DNA of 64,000 nt from an uncultured Candidatus Saccharibacteria bacterium (GCA_964648765.1 CAZYLF010000001.1:357797-421796); one strand, 5' to 3'. Counted from the first letter of the stretch, positions 26,301-34,936 are shown. The notes: a model not told the origin generated them from the letters alone. Numbers and translations: made by a program.

Positions 26301-29300
26301 AGTATTATTACTACGGTGATAGTTATATCGGAAACGGCAAAGCAGTGCTGGGTGAAAACGGTGAAGTAATAATTGAACCTAAAATAAAAGTAGGGGAACT
26401 TAATAATCCAAGCCAAAGCAAAATTATTATTCTTGACGCGACAGTTAAAAATCAAACAGGTCGCTCTATTAGCTCTCAGAAATCATACATTCTCCACGCT
26501 GCACCAATTTATTTGGGTAGTAAAGTTGAGGAAAATTTTGCTCCAGCCGGGTCACCAATTTCACTGAAAGTGAAAAGCGTAAATACTTCTGGTGAGCCAG
26601 TAGCGCTTGGAGGTATTGAGGCAGAAGTTTACAAAATAAATTGGGTGGAGGAGAAGCGTCCAGCCGGCAACGGTCAAGATTATTCTATTTGGAAGCGGAC
26701 AAGAGAGCTGGTAAAAACAGAAAACTTCAGAACCAACAACGCCGGTGACGCTAGCGTCAGTTTAGTGGTGAGCGGTGAAGGGGAGTATGAAGTGGATGTA
26801 AAGACGGGTGGCAATCAGGCGGTGGGTAGTCGCACGTGGTTTTATCTTTACGGCAATCAAAGCGTGAACGTGCGTGGTGGCGATGATACCTCGCTTAAAA
26901 TTAAAGCTGAAAAGCGCGATTTAAATCTAGGGGAAAAGGGTAAGGTGGTGATGGAGATTCCTGAAGGTAAAGCCAAAGCCTTGGTTACGATTGAGCGTGG
27001 CAGAGTGTTTACTTATGAAGTTTTGGATATTAAAGGCAACCTTGCTAACTACGAGTTCCCTGTGGTGGCTGATTATTATCCAAACGTGCGCTTGAGTGTG
27101 GTTTTGTACGCGCCTGATCGCGAGGTGCGATATGGGGCTTATGACTTTAAAGTGGCCAGCAAACAAAAAAATCTTAAAATTAGTCTCACTACAGATAAAA
27201 AAGTTTATAAACCGGGTGATGATGTGGTGCTAGTGGTAAATACCAGTGATGAGTTTGGTCGCCCACAAGCCGCCGAGCTCTCACTGGCCGTGGTAGATAT
27301 GAGCGTGCTTGCACTCCGTGGTAATCCTAAAAAAACTCCTGTAGATCAATTATATGGCAATTTACCACTTACTGTTGCCACTTACTCTAACTTTAAAAAT
27401 TTACTAAAGTACATTGATCCAAGTGGTGGAGAGGGCAAGGGTGGTAGCGGTAATGATCCTAATTCTGGCAAGAGGCGCGGGGTGTTTAAGGAGGTGGCAC
27501 TTTGGAAGCCTAGTTTAATCACCGATAGTGCCGGCCGAGCCAGTGTGACCTTTAAACTTCCAGACAATTTAACCACTTGGCAAGTGGAGGCAGTGGGCAT
27601 GACTCTCGACACTAAAGTTGGTGCTAGTTATCAAGAGTTTAGTACTAAAAAGCTTTTGATGGTCACGCCACTTAAACCACGCTTTGTGCTCCCTGGTGAT
27701 GAATTTGCAATTGGTGCTCAGGTGTTTAACCAAAGTGAGAACTCACTTAATCTTGATGTCACACTGGCAATCCCAGGGTTAGAGATTACTGATAAAGCCA
27801 ACAAGAGTGTTTCAGTAAAAAAAGGTGAGACCAAAACAATTTATTGGAATACTAAAGTCCCCACAACTATTAAACCCGGGAATCTAACTTACTCACTTAG
27901 TGCGATTGGCGGAGGGTTAAGTGATATTGTGGACGATGAGTTAAAGGTTAATGCCAATACTTTGTACGAGGTCACGGCTACGGCTGGCAAAACCACTTCT
28001 CGTACTACTGAATTAGTCTACGTGCCCGATACAATTTTGCGCGATCAAGGAGAATTGGTGATTGAAAGTTCTGCCACGTTAGCTGTGTATCTTGCGCCAG
28101 CACTTGAATACTTCAACAATTATCCATATCGAAATGCCGAGAATTTAGGTAGTCGCCTAAATACTTTGGCCTTAATTTCTGAAGTGGCTTCTGTGCCTAA
28201 TCTTAAAACTTGGAGTACTGGTGACGTTAAATTGCAAATCGCTGAAGATCTTAAATCCCTTTATAACTTACAAAATTATGATGGAGGTTTTCGTTTCTGG
28301 GCGGAGAGTCGGTATTCTGACACTTGGGCAACGTTTGAGGCAGTTTCAACATTTGCCCAATTAAGTCGTGCTGGTTACCCAGTTGATAATGGTGTATGGA
28401 CCAGAGCAAACAATTATCTTCTTGAGCAGTATCTTAGAACCGATGTAACTTACACCGATCCTGATTTACTCGAATTTGTTAAGGCCTTGTTTACGCAAGA
28501 AACCCACCGCGGTAATAACAGACTTACGAAAGATTTAACCAGAATCTCGAGAGCGTTAATTGATGATAAAAAGTCTTCAACCGCTCACTTGCTTACAGTG
28601 TCGGAAATCTTAAATCGCTACGGCATTTTAGGCAGTGAAGCTAGAAAAGTGGACTCAATGCTAAAGAATAGGATGGTAATCGACTCGCGCGGAACCTTCT
28701 TAGATCTTGGGCCTAGGGGATTATATTCTGGATCGGCTATTGCCAATACCGCTCGATACATTTCGCTTTTAGTAATGAAAAAAGAAAGTGAGAATGAGTT
28801 AATAAATCTCTTACGTTGGTTAACCGCGTCTCGCGATAAAGAGGGCGCCTGGGGTGGGACAAAAAATTCTCAATTAGCCGTGAAGGCGATTGTGGAATAT
28901 CTCAAATGGCAACCAGAGACCAACGCTCGCTTTACGTTAGAAAATCGGCTTAACGATCAGGCGGTGATGAACTTCAACTTTGAGCCAAACACTATTCTCT
29001 CGCAAATTAAAAAAGTTTTCCCACTTTCGGAGCTTAAGTTTGGCGATCTTAATACGGTAAGTATTGGCAAAAAGACCCCAGCGGAAATTGGTAACACTTA
29101 TTACAGCATGGTGTTTAAGTATTTCCTACCCGCAGATCAAGCTCTAGCTCGCGACGAGGGCATGTCGATTAGCCGGAACTTCTTTGCTTTAGACGATGAA
29201 GAAAACACTACGCCTCTCACCGAGGCCAAGGTGGGTGAGGTGATGAGAGCACAACTTGAGATCGTGGTGCCAGTAACCAGACGTCTTGTGGCCATTGAGG

Positions 29301-29596
29301 ACTTCATTCCGGCTGGACTAGAAATTATTGATACGAGTTTGAGCACTGAGGATCAAACACTTAACGATGAGCTTAGCCAGTTTAGACGTGATCAGTTTTC
29401 CCCATCGCACCGCGAGTGGCGAGACGATCGAGCCTTCCTCTTTAAAGAAAGATTGAGACCTGGAACTTATAAGTTTGAGTATTTGGTCAGAGCGTTAGTG
29501 CCAGGTAATTACTTACATTTGCCTGCGCAAATTTGGGAAATGGATAATCCAGAAAACTTTGGTCGCTCAAATGCTTCACGCTTCAGCGTAAAATAA
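23375..29596 (+). CDS. bacterial alpha-2-macroglobulin family protein (MG-domain-rich, apparently thioester-less)
   Basis: 2073 aa. Signal/anchor, many Ig-like MG domains, bait-like region, and LPDNLTTWQVEAVGMT (A2M signature). The thioester site aligns as YPYRNAENLG where YPYGCxEQ is expected (about 28131..28160), so Cys and Gln are absent. Confidence 0.8.
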   Translation: MNKMSMKVLVTLVIVLVVGFGVYFALPYLNISPSGASAQVVQSRLVPEKVSTSAPISVAIPNSLEANVVEQVVFEPQISGRWQADEAGKLVTVSDSKSKTKIYYFQPSRELELGKYYAAKVNISADQILSEDFLVAPDPEILAILPADEEVLPETKITISFSRPMVPLSRLDEFVNESLPVTVTPITEGRFKWINTSTLQFIPSEKLISSARYQVSVGEGLRSIEGLAVKPKSATFTTYQLGYLKTNEEYFGSGIVRGYNQPFIIRFNQGVDLEKTKPNISIVSNGKSIPFSVSYAEKLVDDKKITDFNTLELHPEGEGGRWQTKQSYAVRVNKAYPKSGGDIIIDQPSVVNYQVGSVISSSNVVSPRGQVEMDSFDPMGTLEVSFYEDIDLDRSRIASAKISKIVYGEKCDETSPRKCVKVPNKKQIIISFKSNLKPSEKFAVTFEKVISANGDNLGDEAEIINLKVYDPLVIYSISSGDHLGHFTVCSNNPLKGPADDGTGSEFNIVPSFETSNFNGSYLVRSQQNQICKVGQYSSTVSGYLVGSQKYDVSAKIKDVFGGEVSGTYTFTSRAVRESDYVILSHQQSGVVTVPSRTKLTFSAKYLPSVSVSVCRLSPSNFNQARDSYDESINLPCDEKINKVIPLVVNNPESRFFTVDLKDYFPNVIGNYLVTVDSSIPISVKNWQRSARTLVSVTNLIVTEKRINPSEKGEYDSSILSGAQLGELKNLYWVIDANTREPVVGAIVGLYRKGALVSSSVTDLKGLAFISPVAGADMTVITSGQDKVVLSSNSSSLSWASKAVNNKHYYLYTDKPIYRPGQEVNIKGFYRLGYDGNYQVPAGQTVPLKISDSSGKIIKEENLQTNSYGAIATNLKIESSASLGSYRACVGYQCATFEVLNYAPAAFRVALSTDGDEFTFSNPPKVNLKADYYFGVPVSGATVDYHLSSQYYYFDKFTGEYFSFNNIFEQDENGYGEYYYYGDSYIGNGKAVLGENGEVIIEPKIKVGELNNPSQSKIIILDATVKNQTGRSISSQKSYILHAAPIYLGSKVEENFAPAGSPISLKVKSVNTSGEPVALGGIEAEVYKINWVEEKRPAGNGQDYSIWKRTRELVKTENFRTNNAGDASVSLVVSGEGEYEVDVKTGGNQAVGSRTWFYLYGNQSVNVRGGDDTSLKIKAEKRDLNLGEKGKVVMEIPEGKAKALVTIERGRVFTYEVLDIKGNLANYEFPVVADYYPNVRLSVVLYAPDREVRYGAYDFKVASKQKNLKISLTTDKKVYKPGDDVVLVVNTSDEFGRPQAAELSLAVVDMSVLALRGNPKKTPVDQLYGNLPLTVATYSNFKNLLKYIDPSGGEGKGGSGNDPNSGKRRGVFKEVALWKPSLITDSAGRASVTFKLPDNLTTWQVEAVGMTLDTKVGASYQEFSTKKLLMVTPLKPRFVLPGDEFAIGAQVFNQSENSLNLDVTLAIPGLEITDKANKSVSVKKGETKTIYWNTKVPTTIKPGNLTYSLSAIGGGLSDIVDDELKVNANTLYEVTATAGKTTSRTTELVYVPDTILRDQGELVIESSATLAVYLAPALEYFNNYPYRNAENLGSRLNTLALISEVASVPNLKTWSTGDVKLQIAEDLKSLYNLQNYDGGFRFWAESRYSDTWATFEAVSTFAQLSRAGYPVDNGVWTRANNYLLEQYLRTDVTYTDPDLLEFVKALFTQETHRGNNRLTKDLTRISRALIDDKKSSTAHLLTVSEILNRYGILGSEARKVDSMLKNRMVIDSRGTFLDLGPRGLYSGSAIANTARYISLLVMKKESENELINLLRWLTASRDKEGAWGGTKNSQLAVKAIVEYLKWQPETNARFTLENRLNDQAVMNFNFEPNTILSQIKKVFPLSELKFGDLNTVSIGKKTPAEIGNTYYSMVFKYFLPADQALARDEGMSISRNFFALDDEENTTPLTEAKVGEVMRAQLEIVVPVTRRLVAIEDFIPAGLEIIDTSLSTEDQTLNDELSQFRRDQFSPSHREWRDDRAFLFKERLRPGTYKFEYLVRALVPGNYLHLPAQIWEMDNPENFGRSNASRFSVK

Positions 29597-29597
29597 A

Positions 29598-31316
29598 TTA
29601 TTCCCTCGAAGCCATTAGCTCCATCACACGACTCCAGATTTCACCAGCGCCAGTTTGGCCAGATAACTTTTTGGTGGGTTCATTAGTGGCATTGCCTACC
29701 CAAGTGCCCACAATAAAGTCGGGCGTGTAGCCAATTACCCACGAATCGCGATAGTCATCCGAAGTACCTGTTTTGAGGGCGTAATTGGCAATAGGCAAAC
29801 TTAAGTTACTCACATAGCCAAATTGGTCTGTGGCAATACGACGGTCGCTCAAAATCTCGGTAATTAATTCCACATATTCTTTATTAATGACCTGGCGATC
29901 GACGTTTGGGAAAACTTGATCGTTAGTGGCTTGATCTTGAAACAATTTAAGTGAACGGTAATTACCACCGCGTGGGAAAATAGAATAATCGTGGGTGAGC
30001 TCAAGCAAGCTAAATGGCAAGGTGCCGAGCGCCACACCTAGCTGATGTTCATCGACTTTATCTAAAGCTGAGTAATTTATTTTAGCCAAAAATTCCTTAA
30101 AGTTACTTAAACCAATTTGTTCCAAAGTTTTAACAGATGGCACATTAATGCTGTTGCCGAGCGCGTAGGCGGCCGTGATCATGCCATGATATTTATTGTC
30201 GTAATTTCTTAAGTTGAGCAATCGGCCGTCAGCAGTACGGAACTCGTACTCGCTATCATCAATTAATGTATCTCCACGCATCCCGCCCTCAAAAGCTTTA
30301 AGATAAATAAATGGTTTAACAGTTGAGGCAATTTGTCGTGGTGAGAGTGCCATATTAATCTGTTGGCCGTATAACTCACTTTTAGGATCTGGCGTGCCCA
30401 CAATCGCGAGTATCTCGTTAGTTTTGGCGTTTAACACCACCACGGCCGCATTGTGAGCATCACGATCATAAAATGATGGCATTGTGCTTTTTATAATCTC
30501 TCTGATCTCTTTTGTGAGCTTGAGGTCGATCGTGAGTTTGTGATTACCCAATTCAGTGCTTTCTAAAAACCCACTTAACTCAAAGGCATCGTTCCAGGTT
30601 ATAAATTTCTTTAAATTTTCTTTAGCAGTTTCTGGTTTAACAAAATTATTTATATTAACTTCCGCTTTAAGTTGCTTGGCTAAATTTTGAGCCAAAGAAA
30701 TATTAGTTTCCGAGGTTGGGCTTTGGTAACTTGGGTTACTTAAAGTAGCGAGAAGTTGTAAGGTTTGCTCATCACTTAATTTGCTTGCCGATACTTTAAA
30801 GTAAGCTCGACTGGCTGTTTCAAGTCCTTGCAGGCGATTGCCAAAATATGAACTATTTAAATATTGAGTAAGGATTTGCTTTTTACTCCGGATTAAATCG
30901 TGTGCTAAAGCATAGATTAGTTCCGTAGTTTTGTTTTGAGTTGAGCGTTTAGTTTCGTTGTCTAATAAAATCTTCACTAATTGCTGGGTAATAGTGCTTG
31001 AACCACGTCTTTCAATTACCCCTAACTTATCAAGGCCAGCTTTAAATAAACTCACTGGGTTAACGCCCGGGTGAAAGTAAAAATACTTATCCTCCTTCTT
31101 TAATAACCAAGCTTTAATTTGTGGTGGAACGTCATTATTATAAATGGCGTAATAATCTTTATTGTTTGGTTTCAGTAAAATAAGTTCGTCGTGGCGATCA
31201 GTAATGCGCGTTGATTGACCCGCTTTGTAAGCGACATTTAGCTTAAGAACAATAACGCCAGAGAATAAAAGCGAAAGTAATGCAATTACCCCAGCTAATT
31301 TGAAATACTTTTTAAT
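29598..31316 (-). CDS. pbpC: penicillin-binding protein 1C-type bifunctional transglycosylase/transpeptidase; start codon uncertain
   Basis: GT51 motif RRGSSTITQQLVK. Transpeptidase motifs STVK, SIN and KTGTS. The track ORF extends over tRNA-Tyr, so the real start must be at or below 31316. No in-frame ATG exists; ATT 31316 abuts the tRNA. Confidence 0.75.
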   Translation of the reverse strand: MKKYFKLAGVIALLSLLFSGVIVLKLNVAYKAGQSTRITDRHDELILLKPNNKDYYAIYNNDVPPQIKAWLLKKEDKYFYFHPGVNPVSLFKAGLDKLGVIERRGSSTITQQLVKILLDNETKRSTQNKTTELIYALAHDLIRSKKQILTQYLNSSYFGNRLQGLETASRAYFKVSASKLSDEQTLQLLATLSNPSYQSPTSETNISLAQNLAKQLKAEVNINNFVKPETAKENLKKFITWNDAFELSGFLESTELGNHKLTIDLKLTKEIREIIKSTMPSFYDRDAHNAAVVVLNAKTNEILAIVGTPDPKSELYGQQINMALSPRQIASTVKPFIYLKAFEGGMRGDTLIDDSEYEFRTADGRLLNLRNYDNKYHGMITAAYALGNSINVPSVKTLEQIGLSNFKEFLAKINYSALDKVDEHQLGVALGTLPFSLLELTHDYSIFPRGGNYRSLKLFQDQATNDQVFPNVDRQVINKEYVELITEILSDRRIATDQFGYVSNLSLPIANYALKTGTSDDYRDSWVIGYTPDFIVGTWVGNATNEPTKKLSGQTGAGEIWSRVMELMASRE

Positions 31317-31317
31317 G

Positions 31318-31401
31318 TGCGCCGGGTAGGATTCGAACCTACGTAGCCCAGAGGGCGACAGATTTACAGTCTGTTGCGATTGACCACTCCGCCACCGACG
31401 C
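31318..31401 (-). tRNA. tRNA-Tyr (anticodon GUA), long variable arm
   Basis: Acceptor GCGTCGG/CCGGCGC. Anticodon stem-loop ACAGA-CTGTAAA-TCTGT. 13-nt variable arm. T-arm GTAGG-TTCGAAT-CCTAC. Confidence 0.85.
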
Positions 31402-31468
31402 TTATAACTCGCGATTTTAACTCTAACATTTTTTATAATTTTTGCCACGCTGTGCTATGATAGCCCCC

Positions 31469-31795
31469 ATGGTCACAATTGATGATTTCAAAAAAATTGA
31501 ATTAAGGGTGGGGGAGGTGGTGAGCGCCGAGCGTGTGGCGGGGGCCGATAAATTGCTTAAATTACAAGTAAATTTAGGTGGCGAAACCAGGCAAATTGTG
31601 TCGGGGATTGCGCTCTCGTATCCGGACCCAAGCGTGCTTGTGGGCAAACAAATTGTGGTGTTTGCTAATCTTGAGCCGAGGGAAATTAGAGGGGAGATGA
31701 GTAACGGCATGCTCTTGGCCGCCACAGGCGAGGAGGGTTTGCCGGTTATTTTAACCCTTGAGCGCCCGGTGACGCCTGGGAGCGAAGTTAGGTAA
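31469..31795 (+). CDS. tRNA-binding domain protein (CsaA / Myf-domain, EMAP-like OB fold); possibly leaderless
   Basis: MVTIDDFKKIELRVGEVVSAERVAGADKLLKLQVNLGGETRQIVSGI matches the CsaA / MetRS C-terminal tRNA-binding domain. The extended -10 TGTGCTATGAT (31451..31461) ends 7 nt before ATG 31469. The track start is TTG 31442. Confidence 0.65.
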   Translation: MVTIDDFKKIELRVGEVVSAERVAGADKLLKLQVNLGGETRQIVSGIALSYPDPSVLVGKQIVVFANLEPREIRGEMSNGMLLAATGEEGLPVILTLERPVTPGSEVR

Positions 31796-31846
31796 AGCAT
31801 TTGCCTTTTCTCTTACTTTAAGCTAGGATATCTCCACAATCTGATT

Positions 31847-32005
31847 ATGTCACAAGATCAACTATTTAAATTAAATTGTTCCAAGTGCAAGCGCACTAAT
31901 TATTGGAGCCGCAAAAACCGCAAGTTAGTGGAGCGTAAAATCGAACTCAAGAAGTTCTGCAAATGGTGCAAAAAGCGCACCGTTCATAAAGAAGCTAAGA
32001 AATAG
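31847..32005 (+). CDS. rpmG: 50S ribosomal protein L33 (missed by the ORF track, 52 aa)
   Basis: MSQDQLFKLNCSKCKRTNYWSRKNRKLVERKIELKKFCKWCKKRTVHKEAKK. Shows the four-Cys zinc-ribbon pattern and NxxWSRKNR signature of L33. Confidence 0.8.
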   Translation: MSQDQLFKLNCSKCKRTNYWSRKNRKLVERKIELKKFCKWCKKRTVHKEAKK

Positions 32006-32035
32006 CTTGCCCGACCTCGGGCGGCGCGGTAAACT

Positions 32036-33040
32036 CTAGCCCAAGGGCTCATAGTTCAATGGTAGAATGACGGTCTCCAAAACCGTTGATCGAGGTTCGA
32101 CTCCTCGTGGGCCCGCTTCGATCCACGTAATTCTCTTGTCGCGTTTGAACCAGGTCATCTGGCGTTTGGCGTATTGATAAATAGCGGTTTGGGATTTCTC
32201 GATCATTTCCTTTTTATCAATCTTGCCTTCAAGAAATTCCGCGACGTAAAAGTATTCTAAACCAAATTCTTTAATTCGTTTGAAGGAGATTTTCTGCTTC
32301 CGTAACTTTTTTACTTCTTCCACTAAACCTTGTTTAAACCATTGCGCCAGGCGCTTATTAATCTTCTTTCGTAAAATTTCATCCGGAACCTTAATGCCGA
32401 TTTGTAAAAAATGATACCGAGGACTCCCCTTAAGGATGCCCCAAGGGGAGTCCTCGGTTCCCATTAACTTCGGAACTTTTCCGAGCGCGGTCGCAATTTC
32501 TATCGCGCGCATAAGGCGTCGGGGATTTTGCGCATCTATATTTTTAGCCCGGACTGGATCGAGAACTTTTAACTTTTCAAATAATTGATTCACACCTAAC
32601 TTTTCTAATTCCTTGCGTAATTTTAAATTTGGTTTAACTTCTGGCAAAATAATCCCATCCACAATTGATTGAATGTAAAATCCCGTGCCACCGCAAATTA
32701 TCGGTAACTTGTCGCGCTTAATTATTTCTTCAATTTTTTTATTTGCCAGCTTTTGAAAGTCGGAAACCGAGAATGTTTTCTTCGGGCTCACCACATCAAT
32801 TAAGTGGTGGGGGATTCCTTTCATCTCTTTTTTACTCAACTTGCCGCTGCCAATATCTAGTCCTTTGTAAACTTGTCGCGAGTCGGCGGAGATTACCTCA
32901 CCATGAAACCGCTTGGCGAGCTTTATCGCCAAATCACTCTTCCCACTCGCCGTGGGTCCCACAATCACTAAAATTTTTTGTTTAGACACTGCTGTTTTCT
33001 GAAACAAGCCCTTCACACTGACTTCTAACTTGCTGGTCAT
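32036..33040 (-). CDS. miaA: tRNA dimethylallyltransferase; C-terminal 25 codons read antisense through tRNA-Trp; start possibly GTG near 32989
   Basis: P-loop ILVIVGPTASGKSDLAIKLAK and the DSRQVYKGLDIGSGK signature. The in-frame tail ...GVEPRSTVLETVILPLNYEPLG is antisense tRNA. Confidence 0.85.
   Translation of the reverse strand: MTSKLEVSVKGLFQKTAVSKQKILVIVGPTASGKSDLAIKLAKRFHGEVISADSRQVYKGLDIGSGKLSKKEMKGIPHHLIDVVSPKKTFSVSDFQKLANKKIEEIIKRDKLPIICGGTGFYIQSIVDGIILPEVKPNLKLRKELEKLGVNQLFEKLKVLDPVRAKNIDAQNPRRLMRAIEIATALGKVPKLMGTEDSPWGILKGSPRYHFLQIGIKVPDEILRKKINKRLAQWFKQGLVEEVKKLRKQKISFKRIKEFGLEYFYVAEFLEGKIDKKEMIEKSQTAIYQYAKRQMTWFKRDKRITWIEAGPRGVEPRSTVLETVILPLNYEPLG
32045..32115 (+). tRNA. tRNA-Trp (anticodon CCA), embedded antisense within the 3' end of miaA
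   Basis: Acceptor GGGCTCA/TGGGCCC, anticodon stem-loop ACGGT-CTCCAAA-ACCGT, T-arm CGAGG-TTCGACT-CCTCG. Confidence 0.85.
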
Positions 33041-33698
33041 TGATCTTTTTACAAATTTTACTGTTTTTCCACTTTCTACTCATATTTAGATAACAGTAAT
33101 CACTATGGTATTCATCAGTTTTCTCGCAATATTGAATATCTCCTGCTTTCACTGCTCTGTCTGCGACGCAATAATAATTCTCATAAAAATTACATGTTAA
33201 AAAGGATGATATTAGGAACATAGCTAGTAAAATAAAAATTACTACGAAAAAGCTATAAATGAAACGAAAAATCTTTTTATTATTTCTAAATTTGTATAGC
33301 AGAAGTGTTGGGATAGTAAAAAATAATAGAGCAATTATTAGCCCACAGCCTATAACTATAACTATAAGTGGGGTAAGAAACAGAAAAGCCCAGATTGGCG
33401 GATGGCCACCAGGGTAAATAGAAGAAAGAACTAATGAGTAAATAAAGACAAATATTGTCGTTAGCAACATAATAATAAGAGTGTTTTTGAGGATCGATGG
33501 TCGAGTGTGTAAATCTTCTTTATTTTTGTGAAGCGTGTAAAGAAAAATAGCAGTTAAATATATACTAGAAATTGTGGTCGTGATTACATAAAATTCCCAA
33601 CTTGGTTCCAAGAATGGGTCTATTATGGGATTGAAAAACATACCCAAAGACATAAGGAATAAAAAACAAACAATTCCAGCTTTCCAGTTGATTTTCAT
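32982..33698 (-). CDS. polytopic membrane protein with a Cys-rich C-terminal tail
   Basis: 238 aa with about six hydrophobic helices. The tail is CNFYENYYCVADRAVKAGDIQYCEKTDEYHSDYCYLNMSRKWKNSKICKKINDQQVRSQCEGL, with 7 Cys. Overlaps the annotated miaA start. Confidence 0.5.
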   Translation of the reverse strand: MKINWKAGIVCFLFLMSLGMFFNPIIDPFLEPSWEFYVITTTISSIYLTAIFLYTLHKNKEDLHTRPSILKNTLIIMLLTTIFVFIYSLVLSSIYPGGHPPIWAFLFLTPLIVIVIGCGLIIALLFFTIPTLLLYKFRNNKKIFRFIYSFFVVIFILLAMFLISSFLTCNFYENYYCVADRAVKAGDIQYCEKTDEYHSDYCYLNMSRKWKNSKICKKINDQQVRSQCEGLVSENSSV

Positions 33699-33735
33699 AA
33701 TTTAATTTTATATTAATAATTTTACATCAAAACTG

Positions 33736-33807
33736 TGCTCTCGGCAGGAATCGAACCTGCATCACCTCCTTCGGAGGGAGATATTCTATCCATTGAAATA
33801 CGAGAGC
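33736..33807 (-). tRNA. tRNA-Arg (anticodon CCG)
   Basis: Acceptor GCTCTCG/CGAGAGC, anticodon stem-loop TCTCC-CTCCGAA-GGAGG, T-arm GCAGG-TTCGATT-CCTGC. Confidence 0.85.
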
Positions 33808-33814
33808 TTACTTG

Positions 33815-33895
33815 TGCCGGAGGTGGGAGTCGAACCCACACCCCTTACGAGACACGATTTTGAGTCGTGCGCGTCTGCCATTCCGCCACTCCGGC
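33815..33895 (-). tRNA. tRNA-Leu (anticodon CAA), long variable arm
   Basis: Acceptor GCCGGAG/CTCCGGC, anticodon stem-loop CACGA-CTCAAAA-TCGTG, long variable arm, T-loop TTCGACT. Confidence 0.85.
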
Positions 33896-33937
33896 TTCGA
33901 GTCTATTCTACTTAAAGTTGTGTTATAATCAACTTAA

Positions 33938-34906
33938 ATGCCCGAGCGACCCAGTGAATCAATTTTTTGGATTGAGGTTGATAAAATAAAACCCAATCCC
34001 TTCCAACCTCGTCACGAGTTTAATGAAGATCGTTTGCGCGATTTGGCTGACTCCATCCGCCAATATGGCGTGCTGCAACCCCTGGTGGTAACGCGGAAGG
34101 AATTCTCACGCGAGGATGGCAGTATTTATTCTGAATATGAATTGATTGCGGGTGAACGCCGTTGGCGCGCCTCACAACTTGCCGGCATCTCGGCCGTGCC
34201 TGCGATCATTAAGAGCGGCGAGCAGACTGATAAAATGAAGCTCGAGCTCGCGATTATTGAGAACTTACAACGTGAGGATCTCAACCCCGTGGAGCGGGCG
34301 AGAGCCTTTGATAAATTAGCCAACGAGTTTGGTTTGCGGCATCAAGACATTGCCAAGCGCGTGGGCAAAAGTCGCGTGTATGTCACCAACACGATGCGGA
34401 TTTTAAACTTGCCTGAAGAGATGGTGAGCGCGCTCAACGCTGGTGAGATTAATGAGGGACACACCAGGCCAATTTTAATGTTGATTGATAGGCCGGAGGA
34501 ACAACAAACTTTATTTAAAGAAATTATTGCCAAGCGCATGAGTGTGCGCGAGGCGGAATCTATTGCGCGCAAAATTGCTTACGAGCGCATCCGTAATAAA
34601 TCCTATTTGCCTGATCCAGCTATTGCCGAGATGGAGACAAAGTTAACGGAAGAACTTGGCACGCGCGTGCAAATTGAGAAGAAGCAAGTGGGAGGTAAGG
34701 TTACGATTGACTTCATCACCACCGATGACCTGCATCAGATCTTAGACTTACTTTCAAAAAATAACCCCGTAAAGTCTCTCGACCACGGGGCGCCGACGGC
34801 GGAAGAAATGGTTGAGGTGGCCAATGATCTCCCCAAAGATGAAATTTTAACTCAAACCGATTTAGACGACCCTGATTTGTATTCGCTGAAGGATTTTAGC
34901 TTATAA
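33938..34906 (+). CDS. parB: ParB/Spo0J-family chromosome partitioning protein
   Basis: ParB N-domain: IEVDKIKPNPFQPRHEF..LADSIRQYGVLQPLVV and ELIAGERRWRASQLAGISAVPAII. HTH region DIAKRVGKSRVYVTNTMRILNLP. No parA in the window. Confidence 0.8.
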   Translation: MPERPSESIFWIEVDKIKPNPFQPRHEFNEDRLRDLADSIRQYGVLQPLVVTRKEFSREDGSIYSEYELIAGERRWRASQLAGISAVPAIIKSGEQTDKMKLELAIIENLQREDLNPVERARAFDKLANEFGLRHQDIAKRVGKSRVYVTNTMRILNLPEEMVSALNAGEINEGHTRPILMLIDRPEEQQTLFKEIIAKRMSVREAESIARKIAYERIRNKSYLPDPAIAEMETKLTEELGTRVQIEKKQVGGKVTIDFITTDDLHQILDLLSKNNPVKSLDHGAPTAEEMVEVANDLPKDEILTQTDLDDPDLYSLKDFSL

Positions 34907-34910
34907 AAAA

Positions 34911-34936
34911 CCACCCTGTCGTAATTTGACGGGTGG
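34911..34936 (-). terminator. terminator hairpin (ccaccctgtcg...gacgggtgg) for the minus-strand two-gene unit 35541 to 34963
   Basis: The minus orientation is followed by TTTTTTATAAGC. On the + strand an A-run precedes it. Confidence 0.55.

Noticed and set aside
32982-33040. 59-nt overlap between the 238-aa membrane protein gene and the annotated miaA start
   Set aside because: It more likely reflects an over-extended miaA start. A GTG at about 32989 just before the conserved P-loop would reduce the overlap to about 8 nt. Not treated as a genuine long overlap.
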